Made by a program: the position numbers and the translations under genes. This document shows positions 25,609 through 36,430 of a DNA stretch of 57,459 nucleotides, piece by piece; within the stretch, counting starts at the first letter, position 1; every line of letters starts with the position of its first letter. Origin of the DNA: Myxococcales bacterium (GTDB lineage: Bacteria; Myxococcota; Myxococcia; Myxococcales; JAKAPL01); assembly GCA_035508175.1 (NCBI GenBank), contig DATJNL010000021.1, positions 1 to 57,459 on the forward strand, written 5' to 3'. The notes under the pieces were generated by a model. The model saw only the letters and a list, made by a program, of their open reading frames with translations. It was not told the origin of the DNA and searched no databases.

Positions 25609-26862
25609 CTACGGCACCCGGCGCAGCGCGAGCGGGTACCCCGCGCAGCCGCCGCAAGGCTGAACGCCCACCGCGAAGAGATCGCCCTGCGGGTCACTCG
25701 CGATGGCGCTTATCGTCTCTGCGCCCGCCGGTAACGTCTCGGCCTGCCAGACTCCGCCCTGGTCCCGCAGGATCAAGGGCGGGTTCCCCCCCACCGCCGC
25801 CGCGGCCACGAACAGCTCACCTTCCTGGGGCTCGCAGATCGCGGTCAGCGGCGGCAGCGCGGGGGTTGGGTACGAGGTGAAGCCGCCGTCGACGCCGCCA
25901 TCCACGAAGCCGAACGCGAGGCCGTTCCCGTTGTCGTCATCGCCTACCGCCAGGACATCGCCCGTAGAACCGGCCGCGATGTCCGAGAGGTTGACCGCTC
26001 CGAGAACGGGAAACTCGGTCCAGACGCCCCCGTCCCGCTCGAGGATCACGGAGATCTGCGCATTGGACGAGTCCGCGAGCGCATAGATGAAGCCGTTCGG
26101 CCCGGTGACCATGCGGTAGACGCGGGTGAGGCCGCCCGGCAGCGGCTCGAGCGCGAGACCGCCGTCCGGGAGCAGATGAAGGGCGTTGGCGGCGGGGATG
26201 CCGGCGGCGACGGCTTCGTTGGGCCCGAGGCCGACGACCGCCTGGAGCTCCGAGAGCGGCGGACCGGCATCGAGCCCAACCGCCTTGAGGCCTCCATCGA
26301 GCCGGCCGGCCACGAGCAGCGCCGTGCCGCCGTCGACGGCCCCGGCTGCGAAAACGTCGCCCGAGGAATCTGCCCAGACGCCGAGCAGTGCGGAAGCAGG
26401 CGGAGTGCCCGTGACGGGGGACCAGCCCGCATCCCCGCTGCGTGATACGAGCGTCCCGAGCGCGGGAGCGGTACCAGCGGCGACCTGCACGGTCGGCGAC
26501 GGGGTGGAGAGCGCAGTCAGGCCGATGATGCCCGTGCCGCCCTTGACGGCTTCCTGCACCCACTGCGCCCCGTCGCTGGGGAAGCCGCTGCCGCCGGTCG
26601 TCCCGCCGGACACTCCCGCATCCGGCACGCAGAGCCCCGAGGACGGGTCGCAGATGTCGTTCGCATCGCAGCAGGGGAACGTGGGCTCGCAGGCGGTGCC
26701 GGGCGGCGCGCACGTCGGATTGAGACCGCCGTCGAAGCCGGCGTCGAAGCCGCCGTCTGGCGCTCCAGCGTCGAAGCCGGCGTCCGGGTTCGAGGAAGAG
26801 CTGCAGGCCGTCAGCACCGCGGCGCCGAGGCAGGGGAGCAGAAGACCGAAGCGGGTTCGCAT
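25609..26862 (-). CDS. Lipoprotein with an N-terminal Cys-rich segment and beta-propeller-like repeats (GD[VL]FA[AV]G)
   Basis: The internal ATG at 26862 gives MRTRFGLLLPCLGAAVLTAC with a lipobox. Blade-like motifs recur: GDVFAAGAVDGG, GDVLAVGDDDNG, GELFVAAAAVGG and GDLFAVGVQ. Confidence 0.75.
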   Translation of the reverse strand: MRTRFGLLLPCLGAAVLTACSSSSNPDAGFDAGAPDGGFDAGFDGGLNPTCAPPGTACEPTFPCCDANDICDPSSGLCVPDAGVSGGTTGGSGFPSDGAQWVQEAVKGGTGIIGLTALSTPSPTVQVAAGTAPALGTLVSRSGDAGWSPVTGTPPASALLGVWADSSGDVFAAGAVDGGTALLVAGRLDGGLKAVGLDAGPPLSELQAVVGLGPNEAVAAGIPAANALHLLPDGGLALEPLPGGLTRVYRMVTGPNGFIYALADSSNAQISVILERDGGVWTEFPVLGAVNLSDIAAGSTGDVLAVGDDDNGNGLAFGFVDGGVDGGFTSYPTPALPPLTAICEPQEGELFVAAAAVGGNPPLILRDQGGVWQAETLPAGAETISAIASDPQGDLFAVGVQPCGGCAGYPLALRRVP

Positions 26863-27565
26863 GACGACCATCCTAGCGCAGCTCTCGGCTGCCCTGGCCA
26901 TTCAAGTGATTGACCGCTCGCCGCTTCGGCAGTACGGGAGGACGGTGGCCGTCGTCACCCCCCAGCGGCGGGTGCAGCTCCTGGGCCTGTTCACCCGCGG
27001 GCTCGCGCACGAGGCGAGGAACGCGCTCAACGTGATGGCGCTGCACGTGCAGGCGCTCTCGGACCGCGGGCGCGCGGGCCGGCCGCCGGCGGACGAGGGA
27101 ATCGACCGGTCCGTGCAGGCGCTGCGGGCGCAGATCGGGAAGGTCGATCAGCTGATCACCCGGTTCTGTCAGTTCGCCGTGCCGAGGGCTTCGCACGCGC
27201 CTGCGGCGGAGCTGGCCGAAGTCCTGTCGGCGCTCGTGGGCCTCTGCGAGGTCGAAGCCCGGCGCGCCCACGTGACGCTGACCGCGGCGCTCGAACCGGG
27301 GCTGACCGCGGCGGCCGGCGTCGACGACCTGCTCGCCGATCTGCTGCCCCGGCTGCTCGAGCTTCCGGGGCTCGAGGGCTCGGCCCTCCGCGTCTCGCTC
27401 GCGGCTCGGGGGCCGGCGGGCCGGCTCGACCTGGAGGTGGGTGCCCCGCTTCCTGACTCCCTCACCGCGGCCGCGCAGGAGCTGGCCCGGCGCGCCGGCT
27501 GCGAGGCGAGCCACGAGGAACGCAGCCTTTCTTTCAGGTTTCCCGTCTCACGCCGGGCGCGTTGA
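26861..27565 (+). CDS. Short cytoplasmic histidine-kinase-like protein with an H-box but a degenerate ATPase domain
   Basis: The HisKA H-box FTRGLAHEARNALNVM is present. I saw no clear N, G1 or G2 box in the C-terminal half. The start is uncertain; ATG 26861 overlaps the divergent gene's ATG. Confidence 0.55.
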   Translation: MTTILAQLSAALAIQVIDRSPLRQYGRTVAVVTPQRRVQLLGLFTRGLAHEARNALNVMALHVQALSDRGRAGRPPADEGIDRSVQALRAQIGKVDQLITRFCQFAVPRASHAPAAELAEVLSALVGLCEVEARRAHVTLTAALEPGLTAAAGVDDLLADLLPRLLELPGLEGSALRVSLAARGPAGRLDLEVGAPLPDSLTAAAQELARRAGCEASHEERSLSFRFPVSRRAR

Positions 27566-29128
27566 GCGCTCCAGGGCGACCGGATTCGGCGAGACGATCG
27601 GCCGCAGGAGCTCCCACAGCCGGGGCAGGTCCAGCGGCTTGCTCAGGAACGCGTGCGGGCGCGCGCGGCCCGCGCCGAGCTCGAGATCGGCGCCGCTCAT
27701 GAGAAGCACGGGAATCGCCCGCGTCGCCGGGTCGAGCTGCAGGCGGTCCAGCAGGGTGAGGCCATCGATCCGGTCCAGCACCACGTCCAGCAGGATGGCG
27801 CCCGGCCGCTCGCGGGCGGCCCGCGAGGGGAGGGCCATCTCGTCGCCGAAGGCGCGCACACGCAGCCCGCGTTCCTCCAGCCAGCGGGCGAGCAGCGTGC
27901 GGCTCGATGCGTCGTCGTCCACCACGTAGACGAGGGAGGCCGCAGCCGGGGCAGGTGGACGGAGCCTCCGGAGGCGGCGGGAGCGAAGCCAGCGGCGCCA
28001 GCGCTGCCAGAGACGCGAGGGGCCGGGCAACGGCACTGCAGGTCGCTCAGACGTGCCATCCTCGAACATCCACGTGAAGGCGCGGATGGACGCAGCCCGG
28101 GTGGGGTCGAGTCGTGCGCCCTTCTCGAGGAACCGCCAGCGGGAGGCGGCCTGCCGTTCGGCGGCGCGGGAGCGGAACCGCCGGCGCTCGGCCGCGTCCT
28201 CGCCGGCCGGAAGGGCCAGGAGATCCTCGGCCAGCCGCAGGGCCTCGCGCACGGCGACCGGAAAGGCCGACAGGGGCCACAGCGCCGTCGCGGCCTCCCC
28301 GAGGCGCAACCCCCCGTCCTCCCGGGCCCTGCCTCGGCGCGGCCGCCAGGGCCGGCTCCAGGCATGCTCGACCGCCAGCTCGATCGGGAGCAGGCCGTCG
28401 CGTTGCAGGGCCATGAGGCGCCCCACGACCTCCGGCGCCTCGCCGCTGCCGCCTGCGTAGAGACGCTGGCCGACCGGGGCCACCCAGAGCCAGCCCTCGT
28501 GGCGCGGCCGAGCGAAGACGTGCACCCAGGCAGCGAATCGCGACGGGAAGGGCCGGGTCGCGCCTAACCAGAGGCAGCTGCCCGGCCGGAGGCCTCGCGC
28601 GCCCCCGGCGAGGGCTCCGGCGCTGTCGCGGACGCCGCAGGTCACGAGGGTACGCTCCGCCGCCTGGACGAGCCCGCGGGCCCGAATCTCCGGGCCGCCG
28701 TCCGTACTCGAGCCGGGGAGCAGGGTCGCCCTGGACGCGACGAGTCGCGCGCCCAGGCCGGCGGCGACGCCGCGCAAGAGACGCCGGAAGGCCGCCGCCG
28801 GAGGACCGGGCGCCACCGCGGCGATGGGCCGGCGCACCAGCACGAGCGGCGAGGCCGCCGCCGTTCCATGGAAGGCGACGCCCTGGTAGCGGGTGAGGAA
28901 GGTCTGGGGTACGCCGACGCCCAGCGAGGCCAGCCGCACGACGGTCGGCTGATCGACCACGAGCGGTTCGGCCAGCTCGTCGGGCGTCGCGGGCGCGTGG
29001 TAGACGCAGACCTCGATGATGCGACCCAGGCGACGCGCACAGGAGAGCAGCGCGGCCGCGGCGCAGGCACCCGCGGGGCCTCCCCCGAGGATGGCGACGC
29101 GCGAGCCGTTCCCGAGCAGGGCTGGCAC
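27548..29128 (-). CDS. Fusion protein with an N-terminal FAD/NAD(P)-binding oxidoreductase-like domain and a C-terminal response-regulator receiver
   Basis: The 526-aa ORF has VAILGGGPAGACAAAALL (a GxGxxG Rossmann motif) at the N-terminus. The C-terminal REC has VYVVDDD, ILLDVVLDRIDG, LLMSG and FLSKP. Confidence 0.8.
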   Translation of the reverse strand: MPALLGNGSRVAILGGGPAGACAAAALLSCARRLGRIIEVCVYHAPATPDELAEPLVVDQPTVVRLASLGVGVPQTFLTRYQGVAFHGTAAASPLVLVRRPIAAVAPGPPAAAFRRLLRGVAAGLGARLVASRATLLPGSSTDGGPEIRARGLVQAAERTLVTCGVRDSAGALAGGARGLRPGSCLWLGATRPFPSRFAAWVHVFARPRHEGWLWVAPVGQRLYAGGSGEAPEVVGRLMALQRDGLLPIELAVEHAWSRPWRPRRGRAREDGGLRLGEAATALWPLSAFPVAVREALRLAEDLLALPAGEDAAERRRFRSRAAERQAASRWRFLEKGARLDPTRAASIRAFTWMFEDGTSERPAVPLPGPSRLWQRWRRWLRSRRLRRLRPPAPAAASLVYVVDDDASSRTLLARWLEERGLRVRAFGDEMALPSRAARERPGAILLDVVLDRIDGLTLLDRLQLDPATRAIPVLLMSGADLELGAGRARPHAFLSKPLDLPRLWELLRPIVSPNPVALERSTRPA

Positions 29129-29137
29129 CCGTGACGC

Positions 29138-30973
29138 TCAGATGGAGGGCGGCGTGGACCGGGGAGGCGCGGCGACGGCCACGCGGTTCCTCCCGCCTCG
29201 CTTGGCCCGGTAGAGCGCCGCATCCGCGGCCTCGAGCAGCGCCTTGGCGTCGATTCGCTCGGGGTCGAGCTGGGCGACGCCCAGGCTGATGCCGAGCGGC
29301 AGGGCCGCGCGCTCGCCGGCGCGGACGACCTCGACGCGGAGGCGCTCCGAGAAGCGCTCGGCCTGCGCCGCGTCGGTGTGGGGCAGGAGAACCACGAACT
29401 CGTCGCCGCCGTAGCGAGCGGCGAAGTCGGTGCCACGCAGCTCCTGCCGGATGGCGGCGGCGAGCGTGACGATCGCCTGGTTGCCGGCCGCGTGCCCGCG
29501 CGCGTCGTTGAGGGCCTTCAGGTCGTCGAGATCGATCATCACCATCGAGAGGGGTGTGGCGTAGCGCGCCGCCCGGCGGATCTCCTCTTCGAGCCGCGCG
29601 CGAAAGGCGCGAAAGTTGGGAAGCCCCGTCAGGGCGTCGCTCTGGGCCATCGTCCGGAAGTGGTCCTGCTGGCGTCGCTGCTCCCGCGCCTTCGCAACCC
29701 GCGCGAGGAGCTCCGGTCCCGAGAAGGGTTTCACGAGGTAGTCGGCCGCCCCGAGGTCGAGGCCGCGGACCTTCGTCAGGTCGTCGCCCTGGGCGGAGAG
29801 CAGGATCACCGGGACGTCGGCGGTGCGAGGGTCGCGGCGCAGCTCCTCGAGGGCCGCGAAGCCGTCGAGCCTCGGCATGAAGAGATCGAGCAGGATGACG
29901 TCCGGCGGCTTGGCGCGGGCGAGGCGCAGCGCCGCGTCGCCGTCCTCGGCCTCGACCACGGCGTAGCGTTCGCCGAGGACGTCCGCCTCGAGCGCGCGCG
30001 CGTCGGGGTCGTCCTCCGCCAGGAGCACGGTCGGCCGGCTCTGGGGAGCCTCGAGGGGCGCACGGTCGCGGAGCGGCAGGTGCACGACGAACGCGGCGCC
30101 GCCCTCCGGGCGGTTCGCGACGTCGATCCGGCCCCCGTGCAGCTCGACGATCTCGCGGCAGATGGGCAACCCCAGCCCGTCGCCCGACCCGGCCCGCCGG
30201 TCGCTGCGGCGCCGGAAGGCGGGGTCGAAGAGCTGCGGCAGCTCCTCGGCGGGGATGCCCGGGCCGGAGTCCTGGACTTCGAGGACGGCTTCCTCGCCGG
30301 CGGTGCGCAGCGAGAGGCGGACCTGCCCGGGGGCCGGCGTGATCCGGAGCGCGTTCGTGATGAGGTTCGTGAGGACCTCCTGGATCTTGCTCCCGTCCAC
30401 GCTGGCGAGGATTGGCTCGTCGGGGACGCCGTGCTCGAGGGACAGCCCGCGGGCGGAGGCCAGGACCGCGAGGCTGCCGGCTACCTCACGGCACAGCGCT
30501 CCGAGATCCTCGGGCCGGCGATCGAGCTCCATGCGGCCCAGGGAGAGGGCGCGCAGGTCGAGGAGGTCCTCGACCAGCTCGACCATGCGGCCCACCTGCC
30601 GCTCGATGGCCTCGACGCTCTGGCGCTGGCTTGGCGCCAGCGGTCCACGCGAGCCGCGCAGCAGGAGGCGCACGTGCCCCAGCACCACGTTGAGGGGGCT
30701 GCGCAGGTCGTGGGCGCAGACGGCCATCGCGTCGTCCTTGCGGTGGCAGAGCTCGCGCAAGCGGCGGTTGGCCTCGAGCAGCTCGAGGTTGCGGGCGTCC
30801 ATTTCGGCCGTGCCTGGCATGGGAGTCTCGAGCTCGACCGCAAAGTTGTTCAGTGTGACCGGAGCTGGCATCTCCGCGAATGAATCAGGAGGGTCCCCTC
30901 TCAGCGGCTGCAAGCGCCATGCCTCCCGCCGGGCGCGCGCTCCGGCGCCGCGGGTGGGAAGGCAAATGCCCAC
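29138..30973 (-). CDS. Hybrid sensor histidine kinase / response regulator / diguanylate cyclase (HisKA-HATPase-REC-GGDEF)
   Basis: It has the H-box CAHDLRSPLNVVLGH, an ATPase region DSGPGIP...GLGLPI, a REC domain VLLAEDDPD...ILLDLFMPRLDG, and GGDEFVVLL preceded by an RGTD (RxxD) I-site. The start may instead be an internal Met near 30871. Confidence 0.88.
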   Translation of the reverse strand: MGICLPTRGAGARARREAWRLQPLRGDPPDSFAEMPAPVTLNNFAVELETPMPGTAEMDARNLELLEANRRLRELCHRKDDAMAVCAHDLRSPLNVVLGHVRLLLRGSRGPLAPSQRQSVEAIERQVGRMVELVEDLLDLRALSLGRMELDRRPEDLGALCREVAGSLAVLASARGLSLEHGVPDEPILASVDGSKIQEVLTNLITNALRITPAPGQVRLSLRTAGEEAVLEVQDSGPGIPAEELPQLFDPAFRRRSDRRAGSGDGLGLPICREIVELHGGRIDVANRPEGGAAFVVHLPLRDRAPLEAPQSRPTVLLAEDDPDARALEADVLGERYAVVEAEDGDAALRLARAKPPDVILLDLFMPRLDGFAALEELRRDPRTADVPVILLSAQGDDLTKVRGLDLGAADYLVKPFSGPELLARVAKAREQRRQQDHFRTMAQSDALTGLPNFRAFRARLEEEIRRAARYATPLSMVMIDLDDLKALNDARGHAAGNQAIVTLAAAIRQELRGTDFAARYGGDEFVVLLPHTDAAQAERFSERLRVEVVRAGERAALPLGISLGVAQLDPERIDAKALLEAADAALYRAKRGGRNRVAVAAPPRSTPPSI

Positions 30974-31030
30974 GTGGGCAAGGCCGTTGTCCGCGCCGTG
31001 CCGCTCCCGGAACCGTCGTGGCCCGCTTGC

Positions 31031-32498
<1,468 letters not shown>

Positions 32499-32501
32499 GC
32501 G

Positions 32502-32879
32502 ATGCCCTCGAAGCCCAGTCGAGCGCTGGAGACCTTTCCGAATCCGAAGCCCGAGCGCGACTACCAGGTCGCCTTCGAGTGCGCCGAGCTCACGTGCCTC
32601 TGCCCGAAGACCGGGCAGCCGGACTTCGCGACGCTGAGGCTGCGCTACGTGCCCGACCGGCTCTGCGTGGAGCTCAAGAGCTTCAAGCTCTACCTGTGGA
32701 GCTTCCGCGACGAGGGGCGCTTCCACGAGGCGCTGGCGAACCGGATCTGCGACGACCTCGCGGCGCTACTCGCACCGCGCGCGCTCGAGGTCGTGCTGGA
32801 TTTCAACGTCCGGGGCGGGATTCGCACGGCCGTGACGGCGCGGCACCCCGCCGAGGCCCGCGCGCTGCTCGACCGCTGA
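32502..32879 (+). CDS. queF: NADPH-dependent 7-cyano-7-deazaguanine reductase (type I QueF)
   Basis: The 125-aa ORF contains [41 protein letters not shown], the QueF motif with its catalytic Cys. Confidence 0.93.
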   Translation: MPSKPSRALETFPNPKPERDYQVAFECAELTCLCPKTGQPDFATLRLRYVPDRLCVELKSFKLYLWSFRDEGRFHEALANRICDDLAALLAPRALEVVLDFNVRGGIRTAVTARHPAEARALLDR

Positions 32880-32881
32880 GG

Positions 32882-33148
32882 CTAGTGCTTGGGGGCCGGG
32901 CCTTCGGGCTCGGGGTCGTCCTCGATGCCGAGGATCCACACGCGCACGATGGTCCAGGCGCCGAGGCCGAGCATGTAGGCGATGCAGACGGTGGCCAGGT
33001 AGAAGGTCCACAGGAGGCCCCGGCCGAAGACCTCGACGCCGAGGCGCTCGTGCCCGGTGGTTCGCCCCCACCAGAAGCCGACGAGGCAAACCATCGACGC
33101 CACGAAGATGAGCGCGCCGACGTAACGGGCAATCTTGGCCTGGTTCAC
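32882..33148 (-). CDS. Small (88-aa) membrane protein, unknown function
   Basis: The GTG at 33148 lies inside track ORF 32882..33961. There are two or three hydrophobic helices (IARYVGALIFVASMVCLVGFWW; LLWTFYLATVCIAYMLGLGAWTIV) and GC3 is high. Confidence 0.6.
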   Translation of the reverse strand: MNQAKIARYVGALIFVASMVCLVGFWWGRTTGHERLGVEVFGRGLLWTFYLATVCIAYMLGLGAWTIVRVWILGIEDDPEPEGPAPKH

Positions 33149-33207
33149 GCCCGAACCCCTAGCATCGACGGACCCGCCGATGCAAGCGAGCGAGCGGGGG
33201 AGGGCGC

Positions 33208-34203
33208 CTACCCGCCGATGCCCATCATTGACAGGAGGCGGCCGCCGACCCGGGGCTCGAGGAAGCGGTGGCCTTCTTCCTTGCGTGAGAGCGCGGCTCG
33301 AATGGCGCCTTCCAGCAGGGGTGGGGGCACGCCCTCTTCGAGCAGCGGCGCGAGCGGCACCCGCTCGGCACCGCCCAGGCAGGCCTGGAGCTCGCCGCGC
33401 GTGGAGACGCGCAGCCGGTTGCAGCTCGCGCAGAAGTTGTGGGTGAGCGCCCCGATGAACCCGACCTCGCCTCCGGAGCCGCGGCGGTAGCTGGCCGGGC
33501 CGCGGCCCTCGGGGCGGGGCAACTCCGGGCCGAGCGAGAGGCCGTCCCGTGCGAGCCTCGCGACCAGCTCGTCGGTGGGGACGGGCGCCCCGCTGGCGAA
33601 CGGCATGAGCTCGATGAAGCGGGGGGTGAGGCCGCGCTCCCAGCACCAGCGCACCAGCGGCGCCGCGTCCGCCTCGTTCACCCCTCGCAGGATCACCGCG
33701 TTGATTGCCACCTCGGCGAAACCGGCCTCGAGCGCAGCCTCGATGCCGTCGGTCACCTCGTCCACCCGGCCCCCGCGCGTGATGGAAGCGAAGCGGCCGG
33801 GATCCAGGCTGTCGAGCGAGACGTTGATCTTGCAGACGCCCGCCTCGCGCAGGGAGCGCGCCAGGGCGACGAGGTTCGTCCCGTTGGTGGACAGGCAGAC
33901 CTCGTCGATCCCCGGGGTCGAGGCCGCGTCCGCCGCCAGCGCCACGATGTCCTTCCGCCACAGGGGCTCTCCGCCGGTCAGCCGCACGCGGCGAACGCCC
34001 AGGCCCGCGAAGGCGCCGAGGAGCCGGCGAAGCTGGCCGCGGGTCAGGTCCGCGCGCGCCCCCTCGGCCGGCGAGCAGTAGACGCAGCGGTAGTTGCAGC
34101 GGTCGGTGACCGAGAGGCGCAGGTAGCTGATGCGCCGGCCCTGCGCGTCCCGCAGCTCGCGCAGGAGCTCGCGCGGGTCCTGGCTGGGGCGCGGATCAGG
34201 CAT
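33208..34203 (-). CDS. moaA: GTP 3',8-cyclase MoaA (molybdenum cofactor biosynthesis)
   Basis: The ATG at 34203 gives ...ISYLRLSVTDRCNYRCVYC (radical-SAM CxxxCxxC) and a C-terminal FCASCNRLRVSTRGEL. Its start overlaps the stop of the upstream gene by 8 nt. Confidence 0.93.
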   Translation of the reverse strand: MPDPRPSQDPRELLRELRDAQGRRISYLRLSVTDRCNYRCVYCSPAEGARADLTRGQLRRLLGAFAGLGVRRVRLTGGEPLWRKDIVALAADAASTPGIDEVCLSTNGTNLVALARSLREAGVCKINVSLDSLDPGRFASITRGGRVDEVTDGIEAALEAGFAEVAINAVILRGVNEADAAPLVRWCWERGLTPRFIELMPFASGAPVPTDELVARLARDGLSLGPELPRPEGRGPASYRRGSGGEVGFIGALTHNFCASCNRLRVSTRGELQACLGGAERVPLAPLLEEGVPPPLLEGAIRAALSRKEEGHRFLEPRVGGRLLSMMGIGG

Positions 34204-35293
34204 CGAGCTGGGCCACCGCGGCGCGGATCTCTTGAAGGCGGGCGTTGTCGAGGGAGAGGAAGGCCTTGACGCAGTCGGGGTCGAACTGCGTCGAGCCGCA
34301 GCGCTCGATCTCCGCCCGGGCCGCGTCGTAGCTCTGGCCCTTGCGGTACGGCCGGTCCGAGGTGATCGCATCGAACGTGTCGGCGATGGCGAAGATGCGA
34401 GCGCCGATGTGGATCTCCTCGCCCTTGAGGCCGCGCGGGTAGCCTCCGCCGTCGAACCGCTCCTGGTGCGAGAGCACGATCTCGGCGGGCGTCCGGAGGA
34501 AGGGGATCCCCTTGAGGATCTGGAAGCCGATGTCGGGGTGCTTGCGCATCTCCACCCACTCGTCCTTGGTGAGCGGCCCGGGCTTCAAGAGGATCGAATC
34601 CGGCACGCCGATCTTGCCGATGTCGTGCAGCAAGGCGCCGCGGCCGATGTCGCCCAGGTCCCGGCCGTCGAAGCCGATGATGCGCGCGATCGCCTTGGTG
34701 AAGCGCACGACGCGCTGGCTGTGGTCGGACGTCTCGTGCTCGCGGGCGTCGAGCGCGGCGACGAGCGCCAGCAGGGTGGTCTGGTAGCTCCCCTCCAGCT
34801 CCTCGAGCGCCTGCGTGAGCTCCTGGGTCTTGTCCGCGACCTTCCGCTCGAGCCGCCGCTGGTAGCGCCGCCGCGCCAGGTCGATGCGCCGCCGGGACAG
34901 GGCGCGCTCGATCGAGCGGATCAGGTCGGTGATCTTCGGCGGCTTGAGCAGGTAGTCGGTGGCGCCCCGTCGCAGGCATTCGACGGCGGCTTCGGTGTCG
35001 CCGAAGCCCGTCAGCATGATGACCGAGGTGTCGGGGTGCTCCTTGCGCATCTGATCGAGCAGCCACAGCCCGTCGTGGCCCGGCATCTTGAGGTCGCTGA
35101 TGACGAGGTGGATCTCGCCGCGTCCGACGAGCTCGATGGCTTGTTCGGCGCTGGGGGCCGCCGTGATGACGTAGCCCTCTTCCGCCAAGAGGACCGACAC
35201 CACGTCGCGCACGGCCGCGTCGTCGTCCACGATGAGAATGTGGCTCGCGGTCTCGCCGGATGGGACCACCTCGACATCGGGATCGGCTGCCAT
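34196..35293 (-). CDS. Response regulator with an HD-GYP domain (c-di-GMP phosphodiesterase, RpfG-like)
   Basis: The 365-aa ORF has a REC domain (ILIVDDDAAVRD...VISDLKMPGHDG...DYLLKP) and an HD-GYP domain (HSQRV...LLHDIGKIGVP...HQERFDGGGYPRGL). Confidence 0.92.
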   Translation of the reverse strand: MAADPDVEVVPSGETASHILIVDDDAAVRDVVSVLLAEEGYVITAAPSAEQAIELVGRGEIHLVISDLKMPGHDGLWLLDQMRKEHPDTSVIMLTGFGDTEAAVECLRRGATDYLLKPPKITDLIRSIERALSRRRIDLARRRYQRRLERKVADKTQELTQALEELEGSYQTTLLALVAALDAREHETSDHSQRVVRFTKAIARIIGFDGRDLGDIGRGALLHDIGKIGVPDSILLKPGPLTKDEWVEMRKHPDIGFQILKGIPFLRTPAEIVLSHQERFDGGGYPRGLKGEEIHIGARIFAIADTFDAITSDRPYRKGQSYDAARAEIERCGSTQFDPDCVKAFLSLDNARLQEIRAAVAQLDA

Positions 35294-35413
35294 GGGGCGG
35301 TCGCGCCTCCTCGGGGAGCGTTGCTCGGCTTCCAGTATAGCAAGAAGCCGGAAGAACCCGACCAGGGGGCGGGCCGTTGACCGGCGGGAGCCACCGGGCT
35401 ACACCCCCTCGCC

Positions 35414-36391
35414 GTGGCCGTCGCGCCGAGCGAGCTCTCGCTGCCAGACCTCGCGTCCCTGCGCGTGGTGGTGGCGGGCGATTTCGTGCTGGATCGCTAC
35501 CTGTACGGGTGCACCGAGCGAATCAGCCGCGAGGCGCCCGTCCCGATCGTCCGCTTCGAGCGCGAGGAGCAGAAGCTCGGCGGGGCCGGCAACGTCGCGC
35601 AGAACCTCGCCGCCCTCGGGGTGCGGGTGGAGGCCGTGGGGCTCGTGGGCCGCGACTGGGCAGGCCGGACCTTGCGGGCACTGTGCCGGCGCGCCGGCAT
35701 CGGCGTCGGGGGCCTGGGGCTCCTCCCCGATTTCCAGACCCCGCAGAAGACGCGGATCCTGGCTGGCGCCTTGCACACGACGCGGCAGCAGCTGCTGCGC
35801 CTCGATCTGGGTGCTCCGCTCGGATCCGACGCGCCGGTGGCTCGGTCCCTGAAGGCCGCGTTGCGCGGCGCCGATGCGCTCGTGGTGTCCGACTACGGGC
35901 TCGGCAACGCCGGCGCGGCGGTCGCCCGGCTGGCCGCGAGCGCCGCTCGAACGATGCCGGTGTGCGTCGACAGCCGCTATGGTCTCGGGCGCTTCCCGGG
36001 GGTGACGGTGGCGAAGCCGAACGTGCCCGAGCTGTCGGCGCTGGCCGGCGCCCCGGTCGATTCGGAGGCGGCGCTGGCACGCGCGGCGCAGCGACTCCTG
36101 CTGGCGAAGCGCTGGCGAGCGCTGCTCGTGACGCGCGGGCGGGACGGGCTCGTGCTCTTCCGGCGAGGAGAGCGGGCCCGCTTCTGGCCCGTGCATGGAC
36201 CGGCCGAGGCGGTGGACGTGACGGGCGCCGGCGACACCGTGCTCGCGACCTTCACGGCCGTGCTCGCCTCGACGGCCGACCCCGTGCGCGCCGCCGACGT
36301 GGCCAACGTCGCCGGGGGGCTGGTGGTGCAGAAGCCGGGAACCGCCACGGTGACCTTGCGGGAGCTCGCGGCGGCGCTGCGGGAGCGGTAG
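35414..36391 (+). CDS. hldA: D-beta-D-heptose 7-phosphate kinase (RfaE domain I type, stand-alone)
   Basis: The 325-aa ORF is in the pfkB/ribokinase family and contains VVVAGDFVLDRYLYGCTERISREAPVPIV...LGGAGNVAQNLAALG...DVTGAGDT. Confidence 0.88.
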   Translation: MAVAPSELSLPDLASLRVVVAGDFVLDRYLYGCTERISREAPVPIVRFEREEQKLGGAGNVAQNLAALGVRVEAVGLVGRDWAGRTLRALCRRAGIGVGGLGLLPDFQTPQKTRILAGALHTTRQQLLRLDLGAPLGSDAPVARSLKAALRGADALVVSDYGLGNAGAAVARLAASAARTMPVCVDSRYGLGRFPGVTVAKPNVPELSALAGAPVDSEAALARAAQRLLLAKRWRALLVTRGRDGLVLFRRGERARFWPVHGPAEAVDVTGAGDTVLATFTAVLASTADPVRAADVANVAGGLVVQKPGTATVTLRELAAALRER

Positions 36392-36430
36392 GCACGGCGA
36401 CGGCCGCGCATCTGGTACGTTCAGCGGGCG

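Noticed and set aside
35321-35350. An inverted repeat GGCTTC-N11-GAAGCC with an AT-rich loop in the divergent region between the HD-GYP regulator and hldA, considered as a promoter or operator.
   Set aside because: It does not combine with suitably spaced -35 / -10 hexamers in either direction. A 6-bp stem is expected by chance in a window of this size.
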